Shown here piece after piece: positions 1-9,521 of a DNA stretch of 64,000 nt. The position numbers were made by a program, and so were the translations under genes. This stretch comes from Actinomycetota bacterium (GTDB lineage Bacteria; Actinomycetota; Actinomycetes; JBDIAW01). Numbering within the stretch: position 1 is the first letter of the stretch; each line of letters opens with the position of its first letter. The notes beneath the pieces are model-generated. The model did no database searches and had not been told where the DNA came from. It saw only the letters and a list, made by a program, of their open reading frames with translations. The stretch is taken from assembly GCA_039812585.1 (NCBI GenBank), contig JBDIAW010000006.1, positions 4,393 to 68,392 on the forward strand. The letters are read 5' to 3'.

Positions 1-217
1 AAAAGAGCACGACATAAATCGCGGTCAATACTTGCCACGACAAGAGTTCGGACATGAATGCTCCTCATATGCCACCATCAGTGAGGGTGAGTCCCGACTT
101 CTCTCACAGCGATTACATGATTGAATCAGCTGATATGAGGCGTACCCTACCATTGTCTTGGAAGATGAACAGCGCAGCACAAAGTATGGCCAGAGATCAA
201 ATGATTTCAGCGCTTGA

Positions 218-285
218 GAAACCGCACAAAGCAGGCTAGCGTATAACTATGCGCTAGCTGACTTATGCGGTTTCTTAATGATTTC
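218..285 (+). terminator. Putative rho-independent terminator (nested hairpin plus T-rich tail) just after the stop of a small AT-rich ORF (54..239)
   Basis: The inverted repeats gaaaccgca/tgcggtttc and gctagcg/cgctagc are followed by ttcttaatgatttctctacattttt. The region is much lower in GC than the rest of the window. Confidence 0.35.
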
Positions 286-392
286 TCTACATTTTTCTAA
301 AACCAGGATATCCAGGCTCAATTCCAGAACCTATTCGCCCCGGCTTAGACGTGGTTTCCGACCCTCAACCGTGCAGGGGTGCCTGCGGGAGG

Positions 393-1286
393 TTACCCCA
401 GAGAATCGCCGAAATTCCCGTTGCATTGACCGTTAGCGAAGACGCCTGCGCCAGGTTGCACCACATAAGAAGACTTGGGGTTGATCACGATGGTGTGAAT
501 ACCGGTCAGATCGCCAGCGCACGCATCGGTCTCAGCCTTGGTCATCCCCTGCCCACCGATCCACATGTCCACCCAGGTGGTGGCTCCGGAGTCAGCCGTC
601 GAAAGGTCGTGGCAGCCAGCATTTTCAGGCGCCGGGCCATCCCCGCAGGTATCCTCCACGATGAAGTACTTCCTCACGTTGGGGATGTACATTTTCGTGC
701 CGGCTGGATAGTCCAGCACATCGCTTCCGCTGGATAGATCATGACCGACCGCAATCGTCAACGGGTCCTCAAAGGTGCCAGTACCACCCGCTTTCTGATG
801 CAGGATCGGATGGGAGATATCCGCCGAGCCCGGAGGGGTGTTGTCCTGCCAGGTATAAGCAGTGACATATGCCGTGGTGATCATCCTCTCATTGCTGCCG
901 CCCCCTCCCGCACCAGTTGAGGTGGGTCGAGAGGAGGTGATGCCTGTCAGCGTCCTCGTGGAGGTGGTGGGCTGCCTATCAGTTGTCGGTGCCGACGTGG
1001 GCGGGGTAGCAGAAGAGCCACTGGAGGAAGCCGAACTGCTCGGCGAGATTGCGGGGGTGGAGTGGCTGGCCTGAGGTGGGGAAACGTTGCTGTCCAGCGC
1101 CACAGGTGCAGTGGAGGCGCTACCCAGGGAGTTTGCGGTGCTTGGCTGGTTCTGTTTCCCGCTACCTCCCCACATGAGGTAAGCCATGACTCCCAGGAAC
1201 ACGACCCCCACCATGACCGCCCCAACCACAGGGCCCATCTGCCAACGCGAGCGTCGCCGGTGATTCAGTGGAGGGTAGGCAGTCAT
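393..1286 (-). CDS. Membrane-anchored Ser/Thr/Pro-rich secreted protein whose C-terminal domain resembles the RlpA/3D (double-psi beta-barrel) cell-wall-binding and lytic-transglycosylase-like fold
   Basis: One N-terminal TM helix (VVGAVMVGVVFLGVMAYLMW) is followed by a long S/T/P/A low-complexity linker. The C-terminus is a Gly/Asp-rich globular domain (YTWQDN...DTCGDG...WVDMW). The high GC matches the host. The domain assignment is tentative. Confidence 0.4.
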   Translation of the reverse strand: MTAYPPLNHRRRSRWQMGPVVGAVMVGVVFLGVMAYLMWGGSGKQNQPSTANSLGSASTAPVALDSNVSPPQASHSTPAISPSSSASSSGSSATPPTSAPTTDRQPTTSTRTLTGITSSRPTSTGAGGGGSNERMITTAYVTAYTWQDNTPPGSADISHPILHQKAGGTGTFEDPLTIAVGHDLSSGSDVLDYPAGTKMYIPNVRKYFIVEDTCGDGPAPENAGCHDLSTADSGATTWVDMWIGGQGMTKAETDACAGDLTGIHTIVINPKSSYVVQPGAGVFANGQCNGNFGDSLG

Positions 1287-1595
1287 GGCAACTCCCGATG
1301 CGGCTCACTCTTGGTTGAAAACTCCTTGTCGCTACTATAAGGGCTTTTGCTCCGTTCGCTGCGTCCTCTCTAAAATGGCTCACCGTGACGGTCTATCAAC
1401 CTGTTGGCGACGATAACCAAGAAGCCTGTCTGCCCAGCTCACTACGCCCGAGAAAAGCACCTCCATCCATCAACTACATCAACGCATTCATCAGCATGAT
1501 GAAGTATTGTATTGCTGAACACCGGTTCTGAGGTCTGGGATTTCGGCATCCCCATTAATTCACCAATACCCACGATCTCTCATTCCTTGGCTTTT

Positions 1596-2372
1596 CTACT
1601 TTGGCAAGCTCTGGGACCTATGAGGTGCACTCGGCTCTGGCCTCACGTATTGATGAGGAACTGTGCACGCAATGATTGATGTCTGCCCCGGCAGCTGGAC
1701 AGACTTTGAGGCTTGTAAAGCGGAGGCTAAAGTGGGCACCCCGCGTAAATCAGTTGTCATGATCATTTTTGGGGGTATGCGAGAAAACACCCTTTTCAAA
1801 CCCCCTTTTTTCCGAGTCTGTGCCTCGTTGAAGCGCATCGCGGCCACCATGAGTTTAGTGAGCCTTTCATCCCAACGGGGATCACTGTGACCAAACAATT
1901 TGACTCTGATCTCTTTTAATGCCAACGCATAAACTGCCCACTCTAAAAATATCTCACCATAGTCTTTCAAGAATGCCTGGCGATGAAGCACTTTCACATC
2001 AAATTGATTAACCGCTCTGCTCAAATTGTTCATCGCTTGATTAATCTGATTCCATGTAGTCGAACCTGGCTCCAGCGGTGACTGTTGTCGTAACTGGGAT
2101 AGTTCACTATCAGTAAATGTGCAGACGTCAAGCTTCAACGCGGTGGTTATGAGCCAATCTTCGTTATCACGAAGGATTCCCATAGCTCCCGTATGGGTAT
2201 CGAGTGAAAGATCCTTATCTACCTCTAAATATCGTAAATACTGGTTGAGCGTGAGCCCCCGCCTTGCAACTGTCGCCCCAAAGAATGCAATCGATGTCGT
2301 TGCGGCCGCAACTATATGATTGGCATTAAAAATCGAATCAAGAAGCATTGATTCTATCCATCCTTCTGCCAA
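1596..2372 (-). CDS. Hypothetical protein (258 aa) in a lower-GC islet, with no recognisable domain
   Basis: This is a long ORF in a region of about 45-50% GC, flanked by about 300 bp of AT-rich non-coding DNA on each side. Codon usage is unlike the neighbouring genes (many AAA, AAT, ATT). Confidence 0.45.
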   Translation of the reverse strand: MAEGWIESMLLDSIFNANHIVAAATTSIAFFGATVARRGLTLNQYLRYLEVDKDLSLDTHTGAMGILRDNEDWLITTALKLDVCTFTDSELSQLRQQSPLEPGSTTWNQINQAMNNLSRAVNQFDVKVLHRQAFLKDYGEIFLEWAVYALALKEIRVKLFGHSDPRWDERLTKLMVAAMRFNEAQTRKKGGLKRVFSRIPPKMIMTTDLRGVPTLASALQASKSVQLPGQTSIIACTVPHQYVRPEPSAPHRSQSLPK

Positions 2373-2757
2373 GAGTCGCGCGCTTGAGCGGACTTTAATA
2401 CAGTCTCGCCAACGTCAAGGTGAAGGCAGAGATCGTGGACAATCCTGGATACTCTAGAGCCCTTCTAGTGCTGACCGTCAAGAATAAAGATAAATATCCA
2501 AGCTACCTTGTCATTACTTTTAGAACATCGACCGGCGAGAATACTTTCGCTCGTAACTATCCACTTAAGCTTCAGGCATCTCCTGGATGTCCATAACGGG
2601 GCACTGCGTATACGGTGTTCATGAACTGTACTAACGCAAAGTCGCTCAGGAGAGAAGGATCCACAGAGACTCACATACAACAGAGATCCCGAAAATCTTT
2701 TCCCCTCAAAAGCCTCACCAAAAAATTAGTCCCACCCGCACAGTATCGCCCCCTGCC

Positions 2758-4119
2758 CTACAACACTGCCAAATACCGGCCGCGTTCGTAGGCATGGACT
2801 TGGCGGCGATAATCGGCCCATTCCTGTTGCTTGTTGGCTAAAAAGTAGTCGAACAGGTGCTCGCCCAGCGTTTCGGCCACCAGGTCGGAGTTTTGCGTCA
2901 AGGCGATGGCTTCCTTCAAATCAGAAGGCAAGGGAGCGATACCTAAAGCGCGGCGCTCCTTTTCGGTGAGCAACCACACATCGTCCTCGGCGGCTTCAGG
3001 GAGCTCGTAGCCCTGCGCAATCCCCCGAAGCCCCGCAGCAAGCATCACCGCAAAAGCCAAATAGGGGTTACAGGCCGGGTCGGGTGAGCGCAGCTCCACG
3101 CGGGTGGAGTTGCCCTTGTGCGGCTTATACATGGGTACCCGCACCAGCGCGGAGCGGTTGTTATGCCCCCAACAGATGTAGGCGGGAGCCTCCCCCCCGC
3201 CAGCGGCGGTCCGACCCAGGCCCGCCCACAGGCGCTTGTAGGAGTTGACCCACTGGTTGGTCACCGCAGTGATCTCCGCAGCATGGTGCAGCAGCCCTGC
3301 GATAAACGCCCTCCCCACCTGGGACAGGCAAAACGGTCCCGAGGGATCATGAAAAGCGTTGCGCTCGCCCTCGAACAGCGACAAGTGGGTGTGCATGCCC
3401 GAACCAGGATGCTCGGTGAACGGTTTGGGCATGAAGGTGGCATAGACCTGGTGCTCTAAGGCCAGCTCTTTGATCAAATGGCGAAACGTCAGCAGGTTAT
3501 CGGCGGTGGTCAACGCATCGGCGTAGCGCAGGTCGATCTCCTGCTGGCCAGGAGCCGCCTCGTGATGGCTGTACTCCACGGAAATCCCCATCGACTCCAG
3601 CCCAGCAATTGCTTTGCGGCGGAAGTCATGGCCGAAAGGTTGCGGGGTGTGATCGAAATAGCCAGCTGCGTCAACCGGTTGGGGCACCTGACCATCGGTA
3701 GGGGCAGCGGAGAGCAGGAAAAACTCCACCTCGGGATGGGTGTAGAAACTGAACCCGGCTGTGGAGGCGGCCGCCAGGGTGCGTTTGAGGGCGTAGCGGG
3801 AGTCAGCCGCCGACGCGCTGCCATCTGACTGCACAATGTCACAGAACATGCGCGCAGAGATCGTGCCATCGCTGCGGGCGGGTAGCAACTGGAAGGTGGC
3901 CGCGTCGGGGCGGGCCAGCAGGTCCGACTCGAACACCCGAGCGAAGCCCTCGATCGCTGAGCCATCAAAGCCAATGCCCTCGGCGAAGGCCTGCTCCAAC
4001 TCCGCAGGAGCGATGGCCACCGACTTGATGTAACCCAGCACGTCGGGGAACCAGAGACGGACAAACCGCACATGCTGCTCTTCGATGGTGCGCAGTACAA
4101 ACTCCTGATGCCGATCCAT
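2758..4119 (-). CDS. glnA2: Glutamine synthetase, GlnA2-type (GS type I family)
   Basis: The N-terminus MDRHQEFVLRTIEEQHVRFVRLWFPDVLGYIKSVAIAPAELE is nearly identical in pattern to mycobacterial GlnA2. The GS catalytic region contains GSGMHTHLSLF. I chose the start at the internal Met at 4119, which has a GGGAGG RBS upstream, rather than the longer ORF. Confidence 0.8.
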   Translation of the reverse strand: MDRHQEFVLRTIEEQHVRFVRLWFPDVLGYIKSVAIAPAELEQAFAEGIGFDGSAIEGFARVFESDLLARPDAATFQLLPARSDGTISARMFCDIVQSDGSASAADSRYALKRTLAAASTAGFSFYTHPEVEFFLLSAAPTDGQVPQPVDAAGYFDHTPQPFGHDFRRKAIAGLESMGISVEYSHHEAAPGQQEIDLRYADALTTADNLLTFRHLIKELALEHQVYATFMPKPFTEHPGSGMHTHLSLFEGERNAFHDPSGPFCLSQVGRAFIAGLLHHAAEITAVTNQWVNSYKRLWAGLGRTAAGGGEAPAYICWGHNNRSALVRVPMYKPHKGNSTRVELRSPDPACNPYLAFAVMLAAGLRGIAQGYELPEAAEDDVWLLTEKERRALGIAPLPSDLKEAIALTQNSDLVAETLGEHLFDYFLANKQQEWADYRRQVHAYERGRYLAVL

Positions 4120-4317
4120 CGTGGCAACCTCCCTCACCCTGAACCAGAGCGCCACAGTGGACGCCTGGCTGCTCACAGGCGACACTATGTGCAGTTCCAC
4201 TATGACAGTCAGCGAAGGGCGCGCCACAGCGCGTAGGATTTTCCCCATTCCTGCCTTGCCTACCTCCCTTGATCATCCCTGCCTCTTTGCCCCTTTTACT
4301 CGAAGCGGAGTCCCCTC

Positions 4318-7182
4318 ATGAGCCACACGCAGCGCCGCAACGCTGAACCGCTCATGCTGGCACGCTCCACCCCCACCGCCTACGAGGCAGGTTTGGAGAC
4401 TGAGCAGGAGGCAGGGCTGAGCCCCACAGCTGCCTCGGAGGAACACCCCAGCCACCACACCCAGGCCGAGCTGCAACGGCAACGCAACTTCAGCGTGCTC
4501 GTGCTCACCGTTCTGATCGGCAGCGTCGCGGCTACCCTCTACGCGTTAGTGCTGAGCCACCATCACACGCCACTGCTGGCCGTGCAGGTGCCCTGGCTGG
4601 CCCTAGCTGGGTTGTTTGTGGTGGCGGAACTGTTATTTGTCACCCTGCGTGCACGGCGCAGCTCCCACTGTGTGTCATTGAGCGAGATTCCCCTGGTCAT
4701 CGGCCTCATGGCGGTCTCCCCCGCCAACCTGCTCGCGGCTCGACTGACCGGGTCGATCATCGGCTTGTCTCTGACCCACCGGGGGCGGGGCCTGCGGTTG
4801 CTGTTCAACTTGGCCCTGCATGCACTGGAGACCTGCATGGCAGCCATCATCTACGCCCTCCTGCTGGGAGGAGCCAGCCCGCTGCAGCCACGAGGGTGGG
4901 CGGCAGCCCTAGGAGCAGTGCTGATCAGCGACGCAATCAGCGGAGTGCTGGTGATCCTGGTCATCGTCACCCACGATGACGACCGGGGTGAATGGAGGCG
5001 TATGTCGCGCGACCTGGTGCGCGGCAGCGTGGTGGCCTCCACCAACACCTGCGTGGCCCTGGTAGCTGCCCTGTCTATGTCGCAGCAACAGGCGGCAGCG
5101 CTGCCCTTGTTGGTGGTGGCAGCGGTGGCCTATCTGGCCTATCGCCGCTATGTGACCCGCAGCGAAGCCGCCTCGCGCGTGGAGCGACTCTACGACTTCA
5201 CCCGGCGCCTGAGCGGCACGATCAACGTTACCGACATCGTGCCCATCGCCCTGTCCCACGTGCGGGAGGAGACCCGCGCTCGCGCCGCTGAGCTGATCAT
5301 CCCGCAGTCCTGCCTGCTGGAGGCTACTCGCGCCGATGCGGTGGCAGCGGCCAAGGCCAACCACCCCAGCAACCGTCCCGGTGCACCAAGCCCCGACTCC
5401 CCCCTGTCGAGCTTCTCCGGTAGTGCCCTGCCGTTGGGCACGACCCGGCTCATACGCTGGCGCTTGGATGACTCCGGCTGCACCCATCACGAGGTGGACG
5501 ACCCCGCGCAGTGGTGGCAGGCGGCCCTGACCGGCTTTCCTGTGCTTCTCACCGCCCACGCCGGGCTGGCCCGCTCCCCCCACAGCACCAGCCAGGCCAC
5601 AGGGTCTCCTCTCAGCCTGCTGCGCGGCCTAGCGGGGTACCTGCGTCCGGGAGGCCGCGGGGACTCCCCTAGCCAGCCCAACCATCCTCGTGACGGTATG
5701 GCGGTACCGGTGGTTCTGGACGATGGCAAGGTGGCGGTCTTGGCGGTGGAGCGCAGCCTGCCGGATTTGGGGACGTTTGGCCGCGATGATCTGCGTCTGT
5801 TCCAGGCGATGGCTAATCATGCGGCAGTAGCACTGGGTAAAGCCCGCCTGGTGGAACGGTTACGCCGGCAGGCCACCGAGCAGGAGCAGATCGCCCTGCA
5901 CGACTCCCTGACCGCCCTGCCTAACCGGCGTTACTTCACCAGCTTGCTGGCGGCGGTGCTCGACGAGCCGGACACTGACGTGGGGGTGCTGCTGCTTGAT
6001 CTCAACGGCTTCAAGGACGTCAACGACACCCTGGGGCACGACATCGGCGATGAGCTGCTGCAGGAGGTGGGGGCCCGCCTGACCTCCTGGCTGCGGGGAC
6101 GGGGGCTGGTGGCCAGGCTGGGAGGTGACGAATTCGCCGTTCTGCTGGCGGGAGTTTCCGGTGCGGAGGAGGCCTGTGCGGTCGGGGAGGAGCTAGCCCG
6201 GGCCGTGGCGGTGCCTTTCCGCCTCGACCAGCTCACCTTGGAGGTCCGCGTCAGCGTGGGGGTGGCGCTGGCCTCTGCCCACGGCCGAGAGGCGCGCACC
6301 CTGCTACAACGCGCCGACGTGGCCATGTACGCGGCGAAGGGGCGCGAACCGGGCATGGCCCTCTACCGCGCGGAGAACGACCACAACAGCCGCCGTCGTC
6401 TCACCCTGGTTTCCAGCCTGCGCACGGCGATCGAAAACGGGCAGATGTACTTGTGCTACCAACCCCAGATCTGCCCAGTGACCAACAAGGTGCACTCGAT
6501 GGAGGCCCTGCTGCGTTGGAGGCATCCCGACCACGGTCAGATCGAGCCGGATGAGTTCATCGCCCTGGCCGAGCACGCGGGCCTGATCCGCCCGCTCACC
6601 CTGTTCGTGGTGGAGTCAGCCCTGGCTCAGGTGCGCCTTTGGCGCCAGCGTGGCATCGACTGGTCGGTGGCGGTCAATGTCAGCACCCGCAACCTGTTGG
6701 ATGCGCGTCTGCCTTCCGACATTGCCCGTCTGCTGGCGGCGGCTGGCCTTCCCGCCCATGCCCTGACCATCGAGATCACCGAGTCCAGCATCATGGCCGA
6801 TCGGGCTGCCGAGGTGCTCGAGCGCATCAGCGAGCTGGGTGTGGAGGTCTCGGTGGACGACTTTGGCACCGGCTACTCCTCGCTGGGGTATCTCCAACGG
6901 TTACACGTCAACGAAATCAAAGTGGATCAGTCGTTTGTGCAGGCTGTTTTGGGTTCCACCCAAGACCGTTCGATCGTGAGCGCCATCGTGCACTTGGGGC
7001 ACGAACTGGGTCTACGCGTGGTCGCTGAGGGCGTGGAGGACGCCCAAACCTTGGCCTACCTGCGCGAGCTGGGCTGCGACCTGGTGCAGGGCTATGTGCA
7101 TGCCCCGCCGCTAGCCAGCGACCAGATTGAACGGTGGCTACTGGATCGTCACGACTCCCGCCGCTTGGCGTCGGTGAATTAG
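4318..7182 (+). CDS. Multi-pass membrane sensor with GGDEF (diguanylate cyclase) and EAL (c-di-GMP phosphodiesterase) domains
   Basis: The N-terminus has several hydrophobic helices. The GGDEF domain is marked by RLGGDEFAVLL. The EAL domain is marked by EALLRW...EITES...VDDFGTGYSSL...EGVE. Confidence 0.8.
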   Translation: MSHTQRRNAEPLMLARSTPTAYEAGLETEQEAGLSPTAASEEHPSHHTQAELQRQRNFSVLVLTVLIGSVAATLYALVLSHHHTPLLAVQVPWLALAGLFVVAELLFVTLRARRSSHCVSLSEIPLVIGLMAVSPANLLAARLTGSIIGLSLTHRGRGLRLLFNLALHALETCMAAIIYALLLGGASPLQPRGWAAALGAVLISDAISGVLVILVIVTHDDDRGEWRRMSRDLVRGSVVASTNTCVALVAALSMSQQQAAALPLLVVAAVAYLAYRRYVTRSEAASRVERLYDFTRRLSGTINVTDIVPIALSHVREETRARAAELIIPQSCLLEATRADAVAAAKANHPSNRPGAPSPDSPLSSFSGSALPLGTTRLIRWRLDDSGCTHHEVDDPAQWWQAALTGFPVLLTAHAGLARSPHSTSQATGSPLSLLRGLAGYLRPGGRGDSPSQPNHPRDGMAVPVVLDDGKVAVLAVERSLPDLGTFGRDDLRLFQAMANHAAVALGKARLVERLRRQATEQEQIALHDSLTALPNRRYFTSLLAAVLDEPDTDVGVLLLDLNGFKDVNDTLGHDIGDELLQEVGARLTSWLRGRGLVARLGGDEFAVLLAGVSGAEEACAVGEELARAVAVPFRLDQLTLEVRVSVGVALASAHGREARTLLQRADVAMYAAKGREPGMALYRAENDHNSRRRLTLVSSLRTAIENGQMYLCYQPQICPVTNKVHSMEALLRWRHPDHGQIEPDEFIALAEHAGLIRPLTLFVVESALAQVRLWRQRGIDWSVAVNVSTRNLLDARLPSDIARLLAAAGLPAHALTIEITESSIMADRAAEVLERISELGVEVSVDDFGTGYSSLGYLQRLHVNEIKVDQSFVQAVLGSTQDRSIVSAIVHLGHELGLRVVAEGVEDAQTLAYLRELGCDLVQGYVHAPPLASDQIERWLLDRHDSRRLASVN

Positions 7183-7359
7183 CTCTTCTCGCAGTGCCAT
7201 TGCGTCAGAGTTTGTCACGCTGCGTGTAAAAAACCCACCCCCTGCATCGGGGTGTCGTAACCCTGTGTGTTGAATACATAACGCACAGGTGTGTTCGTGT
7301 TGGCGACGACGCACCTCCGAAAACCAACACCCACACAACACCAGCACGAGGAGACAACA

Positions 7360-8298
7360 GTGGCTACTACAACGCGAATCATTTTGGAGAAGAAGCCCTC
7401 CGGCTTTCAGTTCCAAGTGATGGGCCCCAACAACAAGGCCATCCTTAAATCAGCCAAGTACGGCACCAAGGCTGCTGCACAAAGTGCGATCAAGCAGATG
7501 CAGCAAGCCGCCAAGGCCGCTATCCAGGACAACACCCAAGCCAAGGCCGCTCAAGCTGCCGCCAAACCTGCCGCCAAGTCGGCATCGGCGCGCCGGACCA
7601 CCGCCGCGAAGAAGGCCAGCGGACGCACCACTAAGCAGGCCGCCTCACGCGCCAAAGCCACCTCGGCCCCCGCTCGGGCCAAGACCAGCGCTACGGCGCG
7701 CATGGCAGCTAAGCGCAGTGCTGCCGCCAAGAAGGCCACCAGCACCCGCAGCGCGGCCAAGGCCACCACAGCCGCCAAGAAGGCCACAGCCACCCGCAGC
7801 GCCGCCGCCAAGAAGGCCGCCAGCACCCGCAGTGCGGCCAAGGCCACCACGGCTAGCAAGACCAGCGCAGCCAAAAAGATGACCACTTCACGCAGTATGG
7901 CTGCCAAGACGACCAGCACCCGCAGCGCCGCCAAGCCAGCTGCAGCCAAAGCAAGTGCGGCCAAGACCGCCAAGAGCACGACTGCCAAGAGCACGACTGC
8001 CAAGAAGGCCAGCACCTCGAAGGCCTCTGCGGCGAGCAAGACCAGTGCCAAGAAGAGCACGGCCCGTCCCGCCGCCAAACCGGCTGCAGCGAAGGCGCGT
8101 GCGGCAGCCAAGCGGCCCACTGCGGCTCGTAAGACCGTCGCCAAGCCAGCCGCTAAGGTCACAGCCAAACCGGCGGCGCGCATTGCCGCGCAGCGCAGCG
8201 CGCAGTCGGTCAGTGCTCACAACGGCACGTCCGCAGCGAGCACCATGGCAGCGTGGACTCCCCCCAGCATGATGCGCGAACCCAGCATGATGAACTAA
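7360..8298 (+). CDS. DUF1508 (YegP-like) domain protein fused to a long Lys/Ala-rich histone H1/HupB-tail-like C-terminal region
   Basis: The N-terminal segment GFQFQVMGPNNKAILKSAKYGTKAAAQSAIKQM fits the YegP/DUF1508 pattern. It is followed by about 250 aa of AAKKA/TSTRSAAKATT repeats. The start is set at the GTG at 7360, which is preceded by a GGAGA RBS. A strong terminator follows the gene. Confidence 0.6.
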   Translation: MATTTRIILEKKPSGFQFQVMGPNNKAILKSAKYGTKAAAQSAIKQMQQAAKAAIQDNTQAKAAQAAAKPAAKSASARRTTAAKKASGRTTKQAASRAKATSAPARAKTSATARMAAKRSAAAKKATSTRSAAKATTAAKKATATRSAAAKKAASTRSAAKATTASKTSAAKKMTTSRSMAAKTTSTRSAAKPAAAKASAAKTAKSTTAKSTTAKKASTSKASAASKTSAKKSTARPAAKPAAAKARAAAKRPTAARKTVAKPAAKVTAKPAARIAAQRSAQSVSAHNGTSAASTMAAWTPPSMMREPSMMN

Positions 8299-8323
8299 CC
8301 CCCTCACGCTGGAGCTTGATCAA

Positions 8324-8370
8324 CTCGGCTGTCGTGCAAGGTTCACCCTTGCGCGACAGCCGAGTTTTTA
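8324..8370 (+). terminator. Rho-independent terminator of the DUF1508/H1-like gene
   Basis: A perfect 18-bp inverted repeat (ctcggctgtcgtgcaagg / ccttgcgcgacagccgag) is followed by ttttta. Confidence 0.6.
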
Positions 8371-8380
8371 TTGAGGTCCC

Positions 8381-8584
8381 TTACTGCTGTTGGGGATCAT
8401 TCCAACGCGGGTCTTCCTCCCACTGCTGATTGCGCCGGGCGGCCTGCTCCAACGCCTGCACAGCCTGCTCCTGGGTGGGGTAGGGTCCCAGCCGCTCCTT
8501 TCCCGGACACCCGGGGCCCTGCTCCACCGCCTGATGACGCAGGCAGTACCACCACGCCTGCGAGGAGGATTGATCACCGGACAT
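8381..8584 (-). CDS. Small conserved hypothetical protein (about 68 aa) containing a WYCLRHQ...GPGCP motif
   Basis: The ORF is [52 protein letters not shown]... It lies between two terminator-flanked genes, and its composition is typical of the host. Function is unknown. Confidence 0.4.
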   Translation of the reverse strand: MSGDQSSSQAWWYCLRHQAVEQGPGCPGKERLGPYPTQEQAVQALEQAARRNQQWEEDPRWNDPQQQ

Positions 8585-8642
8585 CGCTACCTGCCTTCCT
8601 GGCTGGAGAACACCAACCATCGCCACACTAAACTGTGCCCCC

Positions 8643-9521
8643 ATGAGCCTTCCTGCAACCAGCGTCCCCACCTATGGCACTTTGATGCCTGGGGTGGTCT
8701 CTGCGCCACGAAGCGTCCCACCCAGCATTGCCCGCCCGGAGTACGTGGGCCGTTCAGGACCGCGCCCCTTCCGTGGCAGCGACGTGCAGGACCCCGCCAC
8801 GCTGACGCGGATGCGCGCGGCGGGAAAGCTGGCCGCGCAGGCTCTGCATCACGTGGGCCAGGCGGTACGCCCTGGGATCACCACCGACGAGCTCGACGGT
8901 ATCGGCCACGACTTTATCGTCGCCGCCGGTGCCTACCCCTCCCCCCTGGGCTATCGAGGCTTTCCCAAGTCGCTGTGCACCTCAATTAATGAAGTGATCT
9001 GCCACGGAATCCCCGACAGCACCCGATTATCCGAGGGTGACATTGTCAACGTGGACATCACCGTCTACCTCGACGGAGTGCATGGTGACACCGATGCCAC
9101 CTTCTGCGTAGGACAGGTGGATGAAACCTCCCGCCTGCTGGTGGAGCGCACGCAAGAAGCATTACGCCGGGCCATTGCCGCCGTAAGACCCGGGCGTGAG
9201 ATCAACGTCATCGGACGGGTGATCGAGTCCTACGCCCGCCGATTTGGGTATGGAGTGGTGCGTGACTACACCGGCCACGGGATCAACACTGCCTTCCACA
9301 CCGGCTTGGTCATCCCCCACTACGATCATTCGGGTTACACCACGCTCATGGAGCCCGGCATGACCTTCACCATCGAGCCCATGCTCACCTTAGGCACCGT
9401 GGAGTGGGACCTCTGGAGCGACGGGTGGACTGTGGTCACCAAAGACCGGCTGCGCAGCGCGCAATTTGAGCACACCATTGCTGTGACGCCAGAAGGCGCC
9501 GAAGTGCTCACTCAGGCGTGA
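8643..9521 (+). CDS. map: Methionine aminopeptidase, type I (with an N-terminal extension)
   Basis: It carries the MetAP core motifs [20 protein letters not shown] and EHT. Confidence 0.85.
   Translation: MSLPATSVPTYGTLMPGVVSAPRSVPPSIARPEYVGRSGPRPFRGSDVQDPATLTRMRAAGKLAAQALHHVGQAVRPGITTDELDGIGHDFIVAAGAYPSPLGYRGFPKSLCTSINEVICHGIPDSTRLSEGDIVNVDITVYLDGVHGDTDATFCVGQVDETSRLLVERTQEALRRAIAAVRPGREINVIGRVIESYARRFGYGVVRDYTGHGINTAFHTGLVIPHYDHSGYTTLMEPGMTFTIEPMLTLGTVEWDLWSDGWTVVTKDRLRSAQFEHTIAVTPEGAEVLTQA

Noticed and set aside
7551-8183. A 210-aa Ala/Leu-rich ORF on the minus strand, plus a 132-aa Pro/Arg-rich ORF on the plus strand, overlapping the Lys/Ala tail of the DUF1508 gene
   Set aside because: These are antisense or alternate-frame artefacts of the GC-rich GCC/AAG repeat array. 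Their composition is low-complexity and there is no start context.
7600-8200. A regularly spaced repeat array that could be mistaken for a CRISPR locus
   Set aside because: The repeats are in-frame coding repeats (AAKKAT...), contiguous and without unique spacers. No cas genes are nearby.
8390-8989. A 199-aa plus-strand ORF spanning the small-protein gene and the map start
   Set aside because: It overlaps the map gene start and the minus-strand conserved small ORF. It has Leu/Pro/Arg-rich composition typical of off-frame translation.
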